64,000 nt of DNA from an uncultured beta proteobacterium (GTDB lineage: Bacteria; Pseudomonadota; Gammaproteobacteria; Burkholderiales; Burkholderiaceae_F), in NCBI GenBank assembly GCA_963781975.1, contig CAWAHT010000001.1:10327-74326 (forward strand), given 5' to 3'. The notes beneath the pieces are model-generated. The model had not been told where the DNA came from. It saw only the letters and a list, made by a program, of their open reading frames with translations, and did not search any database. How positions within the stretch are numbered: the first letter of the stretch is position 1; every line of letters begins with the position of its first letter. A program made the position numbers and the translations under genes. This document shows, in pieces, positions 50,472-59,056 of the stretch.

Positions 50472-50930
50472 CTAGCGCCGGGTGGCGTTTTCCTTGGCCT
50501 TCTCCGCCGCGATCACGCCGACGACCGATGCCGCCTGCTCGGCGATCGCCGGGACGATGTCGTCAAGGGCCAGCACGCCGCACAGGTGTCCATCGACGCC
50601 CGTGACCGGCAGCCGGCGCACGCCGCACTCGCGCATGCGCGCCATGGCTTCGACCAGATCGTCGTCCTCGCGCACCGTCGCCAGCGGCCGCGTGGCGATG
50701 TCGCCGGCGGTGAGCGTGTCGACATCCAGTCCGACTGCCACCGCCTCCAGGATGATGTCGCGGTCCGTCACCAGGCCCAGCGGACGCGCGCTGCCGGGGT
50801 CGACCAGGATGAGACTGCCGACATGGCGCGCGCGCATCGCCTGCGCGCATTCGCGCAGCGTCGCCGTCGAGGGCACGGTGACCACCTCGCGATTGGCCAG
50901 ATCCCGTACCAGACTTGTGGGTGTGCGCAT
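50472..50930 (-). CDS. CBS-pair domain protein
   Basis: HVGSL, GLVTDRDI, GVRRLPV, GVLALDD; GGAGG RBS. Confidence 0.92.
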   Translation of the reverse strand: MRTPTSLVRDLANREVVTVPSTATLRECAQAMRARHVGSLILVDPGSARPLGLVTDRDIILEAVAVGLDVDTLTAGDIATRPLATVREDDDLVEAMARMRECGVRRLPVTGVDGHLCGVLALDDIVPAIAEQAASVVGVIAAEKAKENATRR

Positions 50931-50985
50931 GAGTGCCTCCCTGAACCGGTTTGCTCGAACCTTACGCGCGCGCCCGCCCGGCGGA

Positions 50986-50999
50986 TTGATCTGGATTAA
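50986..50999 (-). promoter_or_regulatory. FNR/FixK box upstream of the CBS gene
   Basis: TTGAT-CTGG-ATTAA (9/10 to consensus), 56 bp from ATG 50930. Confidence 0.75.
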
Positions 51000-51610
51000 C
51001 GTTCGGCCGGCGCCGCTTCGTCGTCGGCCGCGCCGGCGAGGTACGCGCGCAGCTTCTTCAGTTCGGCCTGGTAGTTCTGCGCGTCGCCGTAATCGACGAA
51101 GCCGTGGTAGTAGCCGTGCGCCTGCAGCACGTGCTGCGCGTGCTTGATCGGGCACCAGTACTGCTCGGTGCGCCCGACCACCTCGCGGACGTAGGCGGCC
51201 ACGCCGTTGGCATACGAGCAGTAGGTGCAGTTGAACTTCTCGATCGCGTTGAGATAGCCCAGGTGCCGGCGGTCGAACACGAGGAAATCGCGCCGCGGCA
51301 CGCGCGGGATGCCGAACAGCGGAAAGCACACGTGCTGGTAGACCGTGACCGCCAGGTCCAGCAGGGTCAGCGGCACGAAGACGAGGTATATGACCGGCGC
51401 GGCCACCACATGACGCAGGTTCGCGCCCAGGACATAGCGCAGCAGCCCGACCCGGAAGCGGCGCTGCTGTTCCAGGACCTCGCGTTCGAAGCGCCCGCGG
51501 CGCTGGTCGAAGTCCGCCAGCAACTCCGTGCGCCGGCGCATCAGTTCGCGCTCGATCTCGTCTTCCAGTTCCCGGATCCGACCAACCAGTTCGCCGAGCT
51601 TGGGGTTCAT
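50996..51610 (-). CDS. Hypothetical membrane protein with Cys/His motifs
   Basis: Coiled-coil N-terminus, hydrophobic segment, CFP..CTYCSYANG..YWCPIKH. Confidence 0.8.
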   Translation of the reverse strand: MNPKLGELVGRIRELEDEIERELMRRRTELLADFDQRRGRFEREVLEQQRRFRVGLLRYVLGANLRHVVAAPVIYLVFVPLTLLDLAVTVYQHVCFPLFGIPRVPRRDFLVFDRRHLGYLNAIEKFNCTYCSYANGVAAYVREVVGRTEQYWCPIKHAQHVLQAHGYYHGFVDYGDAQNYQAELKKLRAYLAGAADDEAAPAER

Positions 51611-51648
51611 GATCGACCTCGATTCGCCTGCCGGATCGCGCCGATGGC

Positions 51649-52257
51649 CTAGGCGCTGTCGTGCAGCCAGTGCAGGACGTGCGGCGGCTGGCGCGCCGTC
51701 GGCGCATCGTGGGCGGCCGGCACGCCGACGATGATCGGCGCGACAACGACGTGCGACGGCGGGATTCCCAGTTCCGCGCGGATGTCGTCCAGATCGAGCG
51801 CCGCGAGGGCGGAGCCGATCACGCACGACCCCAGGCCGGCGGCATGGGCGGCCAGCAGGATATTGCCGGCCGCCAGCCAGCAATCGGCTTCGATGAAGGG
51901 CGCGTCGCGCAACCCGCAGACGAGGATGAGCGTGCTGGCGTTGTAGAAGATGCTGCCGGCCGGACTGGCGGCGGCGCCGGCACCGCGGGCGCGGTGGTGC
52001 AGGTCGCGGCGCTGGCGCAGCTGCGCGAACAAGGGCTTGGCGCGTTCCGAAAGTCGCTCGATCATCTTCGGATCCTGCACCACCACGAACGACCACGCCT
52101 CCTGGTGCATGGCCGTGGGAGCGCGCACCGCCGCCGCCAGCAGGCTGGCGACCTGTCCGCGCGTCAGCACGTCGTGCTTGTAGTCGCGCACCGAGCGGCG
52201 CCCCGCAAGGGCGGACGCCAGGGGCATGGAAAACGGCAATTCGCTGAAATCGAGCAT
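51649..52257 (-). CDS. Nitroreductase family protein
   Basis: RRSVRDY, APTA..W.FVVV, NILLAAHAAGLGSCVIG; GGAGG RBS. Confidence 0.9.
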   Translation of the reverse strand: MLDFSELPFSMPLASALAGRRSVRDYKHDVLTRGQVASLLAAAVRAPTAMHQEAWSFVVVQDPKMIERLSERAKPLFAQLRQRRDLHHRARGAGAAASPAGSIFYNASTLILVCGLRDAPFIEADCWLAAGNILLAAHAAGLGSCVIGSALAALDLDDIRAELGIPPSHVVVAPIIVGVPAAHDAPTARQPPHVLHWLHDSA

Positions 52258-52308
52258 GGCTTCCTCCATCCACTGTTGCCAGCCTAGCGCCGCCCCCACG
52301 GCCGAATG

Positions 52309-52322
52309 TTGATGCAGGCGAA
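52309..52322 (-). promoter_or_regulatory. FNR/FixK-like box upstream of the nitroreductase
   Basis: TTGAT-GCAG-GCGAA, one perfect half-site, 52 bp from ATG 52257. Confidence 0.5.
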
Positions 52323-52663
52323 GCAACTACCGGCAAGCGCGCGGCGGTCCGCGCGCTACGGAATCGATGCGCACGCTGCGGCGCCGGCACGCCACGCGCA
52401 ACGAGGGCATGACCGTCGAAGCGCACATTGCCGCGGGCGCCGGATCGGCCGAGGCGAATGGAACGCATTTACGCTTTATCGTCGACCCGGGACCGCGCGG
52501 CCTGCACCGATGCACCAGAGGGAAAAAGTTGCTTCCGCCCTGAGGGATGTCAAGGGTGCGTCACCATGCGGACGCCTGCTTGGTGTCATACTGAGAACTG
52601 ACCCGTTTACCGGCTGGCACGAATGCCACGGACTAGACAAGGTCATTCTTCGGCGGGAAGGTC

Positions 52664-53764
52664 GTGTTCAGCCACCAGCGCGTTGCCAGGGCTCTCTGGC
52701 GCCTTTCGAGGAGTCCGCTGCGACAGCGGCAGGACAGCCTTATTCCCGGCGAGCCGCGCGCCGGGGCAGCCGGCAGGTCGCGCCGGGATCTGCGCCGGGC
52801 CGCCGCCCTGATCATCGTCCCGCTCGCCCTCATGCTATGGCTGCTGCCGCTGGAGGGCGACTATGCGTTTCTCGTCCTGCTGCCCATCGTCACGGTCGCG
52901 GCGCTCACGCTGGGGCCGGCCGCCGGCGCCCTGGCGACCGTTGCCAGCGTTGCAGCCGCCGACTACTTCTTTCTCGAACCCATCCATGAATTCGGCCTGA
53001 CGGCCGACGACTATCCGTCGCTGGCGGTGTACCTGATGGCCTGCGCGATCGTCTGCTACCTGGCGCACCGCCTGCAGCGTGCGCGCCAGGCGTCGGCGCC
53101 GCAAATTGCGCGCGACATTCGTGCGGCCGAGGAACGCCAGCGCCGCCAGATCGCCCGCGAACTGCACGACGATCTGAGCCAGACCCTGGCCGCGGCCCGC
53201 ATCCGGCTGGGCGGCTTATGCGGCGCGGCGCAGGACGAGGTCCGCGGCGAAGCGCGCAAGGTGGCCGCACTGATCGATCTGGCGGTGCTGGCGACCCGCA
53301 CGCTGACATCGCGGCTTGCCCCGCCGGCGCTCGGCGATCGCGACCTTGCACCCGCGCTGGCCGGCCTGGTCGACGAGGTTGCGCAGAGCTTCGGCCTGCG
53401 CGTCACCATACGCCATGACGGTCGTGCCACCGGGCTGCGACCGGATCAGCGCGCGGCGCTGTACCAGGCCGCGCGCGAACTGCTGATCAACGTCGCCAAG
53501 CACGCCGGCACCCGCGCGGCGCGGATCGACTTGCGGTGCCGTGCCGGGCAGGTCCGGCTGGCGGTGGCCGACGGCGGCATCGGCCTCGACGCGGCGCGCA
53601 TGCGCGGGCCCGGCCTCGGCCTCGCCATCGTGCGCGAACGCGTGCTTGCCATCGGCGGCCGCCTGCGGCTGCGCTCGACGCCGGGGCGGGGCACCATTGC
53701 GCTGCTGACGGTGCGCGTTACCGCGCCGCCCGTCCCGGCCGTGCAAGCGCCCGGAACGCGCTAG
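52664..53764 (+). CDS. Membrane sensor histidine kinase (DUF4118-like TM region, HisKA_3, HATPase)
   Basis: About four TM segments, IARELHDDLSQ, ELLINVAKHA, DGGIG, GLGL, GRGT. Confidence 0.9.
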   Translation: MFSHQRVARALWRLSRSPLRQRQDSLIPGEPRAGAAGRSRRDLRRAAALIIVPLALMLWLLPLEGDYAFLVLLPIVTVAALTLGPAAGALATVASVAAADYFFLEPIHEFGLTADDYPSLAVYLMACAIVCYLAHRLQRARQASAPQIARDIRAAEERQRRQIARELHDDLSQTLAAARIRLGGLCGAAQDEVRGEARKVAALIDLAVLATRTLTSRLAPPALGDRDLAPALAGLVDEVAQSFGLRVTIRHDGRATGLRPDQRAALYQAARELLINVAKHAGTRAARIDLRCRAGQVRLAVADGGIGLDAARMRGPGLGLAIVRERVLAIGGRLRLRSTPGRGTIALLTVRVTAPPVPAVQAPGTR

Positions 53765-53771
53765 CACGGCC

Positions 53772-54407
53772 ATGATCCGCGTCCTGCTCGCCGACGATCA
53801 TTGCATGGTCCGGGAGGCCTTGCGCGACACCATCGGCAAGACAGCGGATATCGAAGTCGTTGGCGAAGCCAGCGACGCGCGCAGCGCAATCGAGATGGCG
53901 CTTGCGCTGGCGCCGGACATCGTCGTGATGGATATCGGCATGCCCGGCATCAGCGGCGTCGAGGCGGCGCGCGCCCTGCGCAATGCGGGCAGCAAGTCAA
54001 GGATCGTCGCGCTCTCGGGGTATGCGGACCGGCACTTCGTCGTCGACATGGTGCGGGCCGGTGCCGCGGCATATGTGATCAAGTCGGCCGCCGCGGCCGA
54101 GCTTGTCCGCGCCATCCGCGCGGTCGCGGCCGGCGCGAGCTATTTCTCGCCGGAGATTGCCGGCGCCCTGTTTTCGGAAGTGCGCGAACCGGCGGCCAGG
54201 AGCCAGGCGCCGCGCCTGGCACGGCGCGAGCTCGAGGTGCTGCGCCTGATCGCCGACGGCGTGCGCTCGCACGAGATCGCCGGGACGCTGAACATCTCGG
54301 TGTCCACCGTCGAAGTCCATCGGCGCAACATCATGCGCAAGCTCGATCTGCACACCATCGCCGAACTGACCAAGCACGCCATCCGCCAGGGCATCTCGGC
54401 TCTTTGA
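53772..54407 (+). CDS. NarL/LuxR-family response regulator
   Basis: LADDH, MDIGMP, YVIKS, RELEVL..STVEVHRRNIMRKL. Confidence 0.95.
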   Translation: MIRVLLADDHCMVREALRDTIGKTADIEVVGEASDARSAIEMALALAPDIVVMDIGMPGISGVEAARALRNAGSKSRIVALSGYADRHFVVDMVRAGAAAYVIKSAAAAELVRAIRAVAAGASYFSPEIAGALFSEVREPAARSQAPRLARRELEVLRLIADGVRSHEIAGTLNISVSTVEVHRRNIMRKLDLHTIAELTKHAIRQGISAL

Positions 54408-54504
54408 GCGCCGTCGGCCCGCTCCGGGTACCGGCAAACCGGTACTCTCATATCAGAGGGAAATGAGAATTTCGCCGGCGCGCGCATCGCACTAGTCTTG
54501 CTGC

Positions 54505-55488
54505 GTGGATACACATGCCGACAGGGCAATCGCGGGCAACATCGTTCCCGACGTGGCGGATGCAGGTCCGCGCGTGCCCCCGGAATCCGCCGCCGGGTCG
54601 GGTGGCCGGCCGGCGGCCGGCCAGCGGACAGACACCCGCGCGTGGAACGGGGAATTTGCACTGGCCGATGTGCTCGGCACCACGAAGGCGTTCTGGGGGA
54701 CGGGCCGCCAGTCGCGGGCGCTGTACCGCTGGCTCTGGCAGCGGCTGCATGGTGCCGCAGACGGCGCCGGCCGCCTGATCAGCCGGCGCGGCAGCGGGGC
54801 ATTCTTCTACCTGCCGTCGATGCCGCCCGGGAGCGTCGACGCGGCCGCGGCACGGGGACCGGCATCGGCTGCGGCGCCATCCGGCACGCCGCCGGCAATC
54901 GACGATCGCGCGCTCTTCCTGGCAAAACTTGCGCAGGCGCTGCCGGCGGCCGGGCGGCGCCGCCCCGACATGCTCGTGGCGATCGTGGGCATCGATCGCT
55001 TTCGCGCGCTGCATGTCCAGCTCGGTCCGGGCGCCGGCAGCGAACTGCTGCAGGCGATTGCGCGGCGAATTGCGCTTTGCCTGCGCTCGGCGGACGCCGT
55101 GGCGCAGTTGGGGGGCGGCGAATTCGGCCTGCTGCTGACCGGCATCCAGGACACCGACGGCGCGGTCGAGGTGCTGGACAAGATCGTCAGGGCGCTGGTA
55201 AGTCCGCTGCACCTGCGCGGCCAGACGCATTGCCTGTCCGTCAGCATCGGCGGCTGCCGGTGCGGCGGCCGGGCGACCGGGGCGCATCCGCTGCTGCTTG
55301 CCGAAATGGCCATGCTGCGTGCCAGGGCCAGGGGCGGCAACGGCTTCCATCTGAGCGGCCGCGACGACATCGCGCTGATCGCCGGCGCCGGCGGTTACAT
55401 CCCGGCGGCCGGTGCGCCGGACGGATCCATGCCGGGCACATCGCACGATGCTCGCGCCCACAGCCTGCAGGAAGGATCCGGACGATGA
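54505..55488 (+). CDS. Degenerate GGDEF-domain protein (start uncertain)
   Basis: GIDRFR..LG..G, VAQLGGGEFGLLL, SVSIG, AEMAMLRARARGGN; overlaps the next gene (ATGA). Confidence 0.7.
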   Translation: MDTHADRAIAGNIVPDVADAGPRVPPESAAGSGGRPAAGQRTDTRAWNGEFALADVLGTTKAFWGTGRQSRALYRWLWQRLHGAADGAGRLISRRGSGAFFYLPSMPPGSVDAAAARGPASAAAPSGTPPAIDDRALFLAKLAQALPAAGRRRPDMLVAIVGIDRFRALHVQLGPGAGSELLQAIARRIALCLRSADAVAQLGGGEFGLLLTGIQDTDGAVEVLDKIVRALVSPLHLRGQTHCLSVSIGGCRCGGRATGAHPLLLAEMAMLRARARGGNGFHLSGRDDIALIAGAGGYIPAAGAPDGSMPGTSHDARAHSLQEGSGR

Positions 55489-55856
55489 AGCCGTTGCAGC
55501 GCCTCCGGCGCCGGCTGCTGCTGGTGGCCGTGGCCGTTGCCGGCGCGGCCACCAGCCAGGTGCCGATCTATCCGGAAGCGTCGGCGGCAGCGCTGCCGGT
55601 CGCCACCGCCGCGAGCGTCGTACCGGAGCGCGACGCCGGCCGGATGCCTGCCCGGCTGATGCAGCGGGACGCCGCGGGACCGGACCGCGCGGATGCGACG
55701 CACGCCGCGGCCCTGTCCCCGATCCACCCAGGCAGCGTCGCGACCGCAGCGGCGGCGCCCGCAACGAATTCGCTCGACATCTGGGTTCCCCTCGCTCTCG
55801 GCGCTTTCCTGATCGGTGTCATCCTGCAGCGCAATTCCAGCGCGATGGTCGATTGA
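55485..55856 (+). CDS. Small exported protein with C-terminal TM anchor
   Basis: Basic plus hydrophobic N-terminus, Ala/Pro-rich body, C-terminal IWVPLALGAFLIGVILQR. Confidence 0.55.
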   Translation: MKPLQRLRRRLLLVAVAVAGAATSQVPIYPEASAAALPVATAASVVPERDAGRMPARLMQRDAAGPDRADATHAAALSPIHPGSVATAAAAPATNSLDIWVPLALGAFLIGVILQRNSSAMVD

Positions 55857-55906
55857 ACGCCGTCACCGCGATCCGCCAACTTTTCATTTGCCTACAGGAC
55901 TCCACC

Positions 55907-56737
55907 GTGAATACCGATTCGCCCAACTGCTCGATCTGCGGCAGGTGCACCGTCGCGCTGCCGTGCAACCTGATGTCCGGCAATGGCGACGGCCGCGCGC
56001 ACATGCCCAACTACACCCGCCACATCGCCCGGGGCGAAGCGGTCTTCCATACGGGCGATGAATTCCGCTCGGTGCATACGGTGCAACGCGGCTGGTTCAA
56101 GACGACGCAGAGCCTGGACGAGGGGCGCGAGCAGATCACCGGGTTCCAGATGGCCGGCGACGTGCTCGATCTGGGCGGCATCGCGTCCGGCGTCCACGGC
56201 TGCAGCGCCATCGCGCTGGACGACAGCGTCATCTGCTCGATACCCAATGCCGAGATCCGTGGCGCTCCGGGGCGGCGCGATGAACGTGAGCGCTGCCTGC
56301 GCCGCATCATGAGTGCGCTCATCGTGCGCGAGCAGCGGACGATGCTGATGCTGGGCAACATGAGCGCCGAGGAGCGCGTCGTTTGGTTTCTCAACGACCT
56401 GTCCGCACGCCTGGCGGCGCGCGGCGAATGCGACAGCGAGTTCGACATGCGCATGTCGCGCGGCGAGATCGGCAGCCTGCTCGGGCTGGAACTGGAAACG
56501 GTAAGCCGGCTGTTTTCCAAGCTGCGGCGCGACGGCGTGATCGGCGGTAAAAGACGCCACGTCGTGATGGCGGGCGCCGGCCCGGCGCGCCACGCGCCAG
56601 CGCACGCGAACGATTCGCCGCTGCCCGAGATCGCCCCCCGCCCGGAGGCATTCGTGCCGGCACCGGGCGCGCTGTCAGACGCCCAGCAGCCGGTTGAGCA
56701 GTATCAGCACGCTGGCGTCCTTGGCCTCGTTGTATAG
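55907..56737 (+). CDS. Crp/FNR-family regulator, FNR type with Fe-S cysteines
   Basis: N-terminal CSICGRCTVALPC, EQITGFQMAGD, DSVICSIP, MSAEERV, MSRGEIGSLLGLELETVSR; GTG start after AGGA. Confidence 0.88.
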   Translation: MNTDSPNCSICGRCTVALPCNLMSGNGDGRAHMPNYTRHIARGEAVFHTGDEFRSVHTVQRGWFKTTQSLDEGREQITGFQMAGDVLDLGGIASGVHGCSAIALDDSVICSIPNAEIRGAPGRRDERERCLRRIMSALIVREQRTMLMLGNMSAEERVVWFLNDLSARLAARGECDSEFDMRMSRGEIGSLLGLELETVSRLFSKLRRDGVIGGKRRHVVMAGAGPARHAPAHANDSPLPEIAPRPEAFVPAPGALSDAQQPVEQYQHAGVLGLVV

Positions 56738-56962
56738 GCCGGCGATGACGACCGCGTTGTAGATGTCGCGCAGGCGGGCCAGCCCGCCCTGCAATGCGGG
56801 CTGCGGCGGCTGCGCCTGCTCCGTGAGGTCCTGCAGCAGGCGGATCTCCTGGCGCAGGGCCGTGGCAATGTCCGGGCGCTTGTCCGCGATCTGATCGCAC
56901 AGCCGGGTCAGTGCGGCCTCCAGCGCGCGCACGCCCTGCAGGTCCGCATCCGGGTGATTCAC
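56675..56962 (-). CDS. Hypothetical small alpha-helical protein
   Basis: Amphipathic helical sequence; tail overlaps the low-complexity end of the FNR gene. Confidence 0.5.
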   Translation of the reverse strand: MNHPDADLQGVRALEAALTRLCDQIADKRPDIATALRQEIRLLQDLTEQAQPPQPALQGGLARLRDIYNAVVIAGLYNEAKDASVLILLNRLLGV

Positions 56963-57104
56963 GCCTTGCCTCGCGTTGCGGCTCTTCCTGCGGGTCCATG
57001 TCCACTCTTTCAAGGTACGGCGAGAGATTCATGCTAGGCGGCAGCGCCGCCGATGTGTTGATCGTGATCACGCCCGCAGGCCGGGCCCGTCGACTCTCGG
57101 CGGC

Positions 57105-57196
57105 GCTGCAATAATTTCTGCAAAATCAAAAACTTATTTGCATGGTCGCATTTTGGTGCATTTTATGCAAAGTATCGCTGAAACAATCTTTTGCAG
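57105..57196. promoter_or_regulatory. AT-rich divergent promoter region with repeated TGCA motifs
   Basis: Sharp AT-rich patch with six TGCA boxes and a TTTGCAT...ATGCAAA dyad. Confidence 0.5.
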
Positions 57197-57256
57197 GCAC
57201 GGGGCAGGCGCACGGGAGCCGCATGCGCACTGGCCCGGCCCGCGGCAGGAACCGGC

Positions 57257-58606
57257 ATGAATCGAAGTGGCAGCGCGACGTGGGCGATTGCGTCCGTAGT
57301 CGCCAGCGCCCTGACCGGCGCCTGTGGCGGCGGCGGAGACAACGGATTCGTCGAATGCTCGACCTGCGGCTTGCCGCTGCCATATGCGATTTCGGTGACG
57401 GGACTGGCGGCCGGAAGTTCGGCCCTGTTGCAGGACACGTCCGGCAACACGATAACGGTGTCGGCCAACGGCACCCTCACGTTCACCCCGCTCGCGGTGC
57501 TGCCGCGGGTGGCACATCAAATCGGGCTCCTGGTCCAGCCGGCGGGCCAGCTGTGCACGGCGACCAACGGCGTAGCGGACGCGACCGGCACCACGCCAGT
57601 GTCGATTTCCTGTGCGGCCGCCGCTGGCCCCGCGGCATTGGCCCTGTATGCCGGCATGGTGCATGCGGGCGGCGCCGACGGCACCGGCATGGCCGCCAGC
57701 TTCCAGCTGCCGGGGGGCCTGGCCGTCGGTCCGGCAGGCGATCTCTTTGTCGCCGACACGTACAACAGCACCATCCGCAAGGTGGCGGCTGGCGGCGTCG
57801 TGACGACGCTTGCCGGCACCGCGGGGGTCATCGGCAGCGGCGACGGCAGCGGCGCTGCGGCAGGCTTCTATCATCCATCGGCCATCGCCGTGGACGCCGC
57901 CGGCAATGCCTACGTGGCGGACACCTCGAACAGCACCATCCGCAAGATCACCCCGGCCGGATTGGTCAGCACGTTTGCCGGTTCGCCGGCCGTCGCCGGC
58001 AGCAACGACGGCACCGGCGCGGCGGCGCGCTTCTCCTTTCCCCAGGGCATCGCGCTCGACGCGGCGGGCAACTTGTACGTCGCCGACTCGAACAACAGAA
58101 CCATACGCAAGATCACGCCCGCGGGCGTCGTTACCACGCTGGCCGGCACCGCCGGCGTGTATGGCGTCGACGACGGTACCGGTGCCGCCGCCCAGTTCGC
58201 GCTGCCGCAAAGCCTCGTGGTGGACGGCGCCGGCACCATCTATGTCAGCGATACCGCAACCAAGATCCGCAAGGTGACGCCGGCCGGCGTGGTGACGACG
58301 CTCCCCATTGCCGCCGACGCCTTCGGGCAGTTGGGGATCGGCGTGGGTTCGCTGAGTGCATCGCGCCTGGCACTTGCCGTCGACGCGGCCGCAGACCTGT
58401 ACGCCGCCGGCACCACCAGCGCGCAGGTGCTCAAGATAACGCCTGCCGGTGCGGTCAGCACCGTCATCGGAAGGCCGGGGCAGTTCGCGTTCAATTCGGG
58501 TCCGCTGCCCGGATCCCTGCTGTTTCCCCAGGCGCTGGCCCTGCAGGGCAGCACGATGTACATCAGCGTCGATAGCGGCATCGCCAGCGCGCAGAACGTT
58601 CCGTAG
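57257..58606 (+). CDS. NHL-repeat (beta-propeller) lipoprotein
   Basis: Lipobox-like LTGAC-GGGG; repeated F..P.GIAVD.AGN.YVAD..N.TIRKITPAGVVTTLAG units. Confidence 0.9.
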   Translation: MNRSGSATWAIASVVASALTGACGGGGDNGFVECSTCGLPLPYAISVTGLAAGSSALLQDTSGNTITVSANGTLTFTPLAVLPRVAHQIGLLVQPAGQLCTATNGVADATGTTPVSISCAAAAGPAALALYAGMVHAGGADGTGMAASFQLPGGLAVGPAGDLFVADTYNSTIRKVAAGGVVTTLAGTAGVIGSGDGSGAAAGFYHPSAIAVDAAGNAYVADTSNSTIRKITPAGLVSTFAGSPAVAGSNDGTGAAARFSFPQGIALDAAGNLYVADSNNRTIRKITPAGVVTTLAGTAGVYGVDDGTGAAAQFALPQSLVVDGAGTIYVSDTATKIRKVTPAGVVTTLPIAADAFGQLGIGVGSLSASRLALAVDAAADLYAAGTTSAQVLKITPAGAVSTVIGRPGQFAFNSGPLPGSLLFPQALALQGSTMYISVDSGIASAQNVP

Positions 58607-58636
58607 GGCGCCCGCGCGGGGCCGATCGACGGCAAC

Positions 58637-58663
58637 TGTAAGAATTCCCCTGTCCCGGCCGTC
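58637..58663 (+). promoter_or_regulatory. Candidate ECF sigma (SigF/ECF16-like) promoter
   Basis: GTAAGA-N16-CGTC upstream of the DUF2282 gene; resembles GTAA-type ECF promoters associated with such operons. Confidence 0.5.
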
Positions 58664-58717
58664 CAAGGCTGCGAGGGTCCGATTCGCGGGCCCCAATTCA
58701 ACCACAGGGGATCACAT

Positions 58718-59041
58718 ATGCGCCGCCTCACTCTCGCCGCTTCCACCCTTTCGGCCGCCGTCGGCCTTGCCATGGGCCTGCAGATGCTGCCCGCCTCCGC
58801 CGAGGACATGGGCATGGACATGGGCAAGATGCCTCAGGTCGTCAAGGACAACATGGCCCGGGCGATGGCCGACAAGCTGGAGAAGTGCTACGGCGTCAAC
58901 GCCGTATCGAAGAACGACTGCGCCGAAGGCGTGCACTCGTGCGCCGGCCAGGCGGACAAGCCCCGCGACGCCAGGTCCTTCGTGCTGCTGCCGGCGGGCG
59001 CCTGCAGCAAGATCGCCGGCGGCAAGACCAAGGCCAGCTGA
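58718..59041 (+). CDS. DUF2282 / BufA1-type bufferin precursor peptide
   Basis: Sec signal; EKCYGV..KNDCA..HSCAG..PAGACSKIAGG with four Cys. Confidence 0.9.
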   Translation: MRRLTLAASTLSAAVGLAMGLQMLPASAEDMGMDMGKMPQVVKDNMARAMADKLEKCYGVNAVSKNDCAEGVHSCAGQADKPRDARSFVLLPAGACSKIAGGKTKAS

Positions 59042-59056
59042 GGCCGGGCCGCCATC

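Noticed and set aside
52554-52632. TPP-riboswitch-like text (GGGTGC..CTGAGA..ACCCGTT..AATGCCA)
   Set aside because: Lacks the CCUGAU and GCG core and has no thiamine gene downstream; an Infernal search with Rfam RF00059 would settle it.
54428-54445. GGCAAACC as a c-di-GMP-I riboswitch
   Set aside because: It is the loop of a simple hairpin; the GACGCAAAG-type second element is absent.
57257-58460. Nucleotide-level tandem repeats
   Set aside because: Fully explained by the encoded NHL protein repeats.
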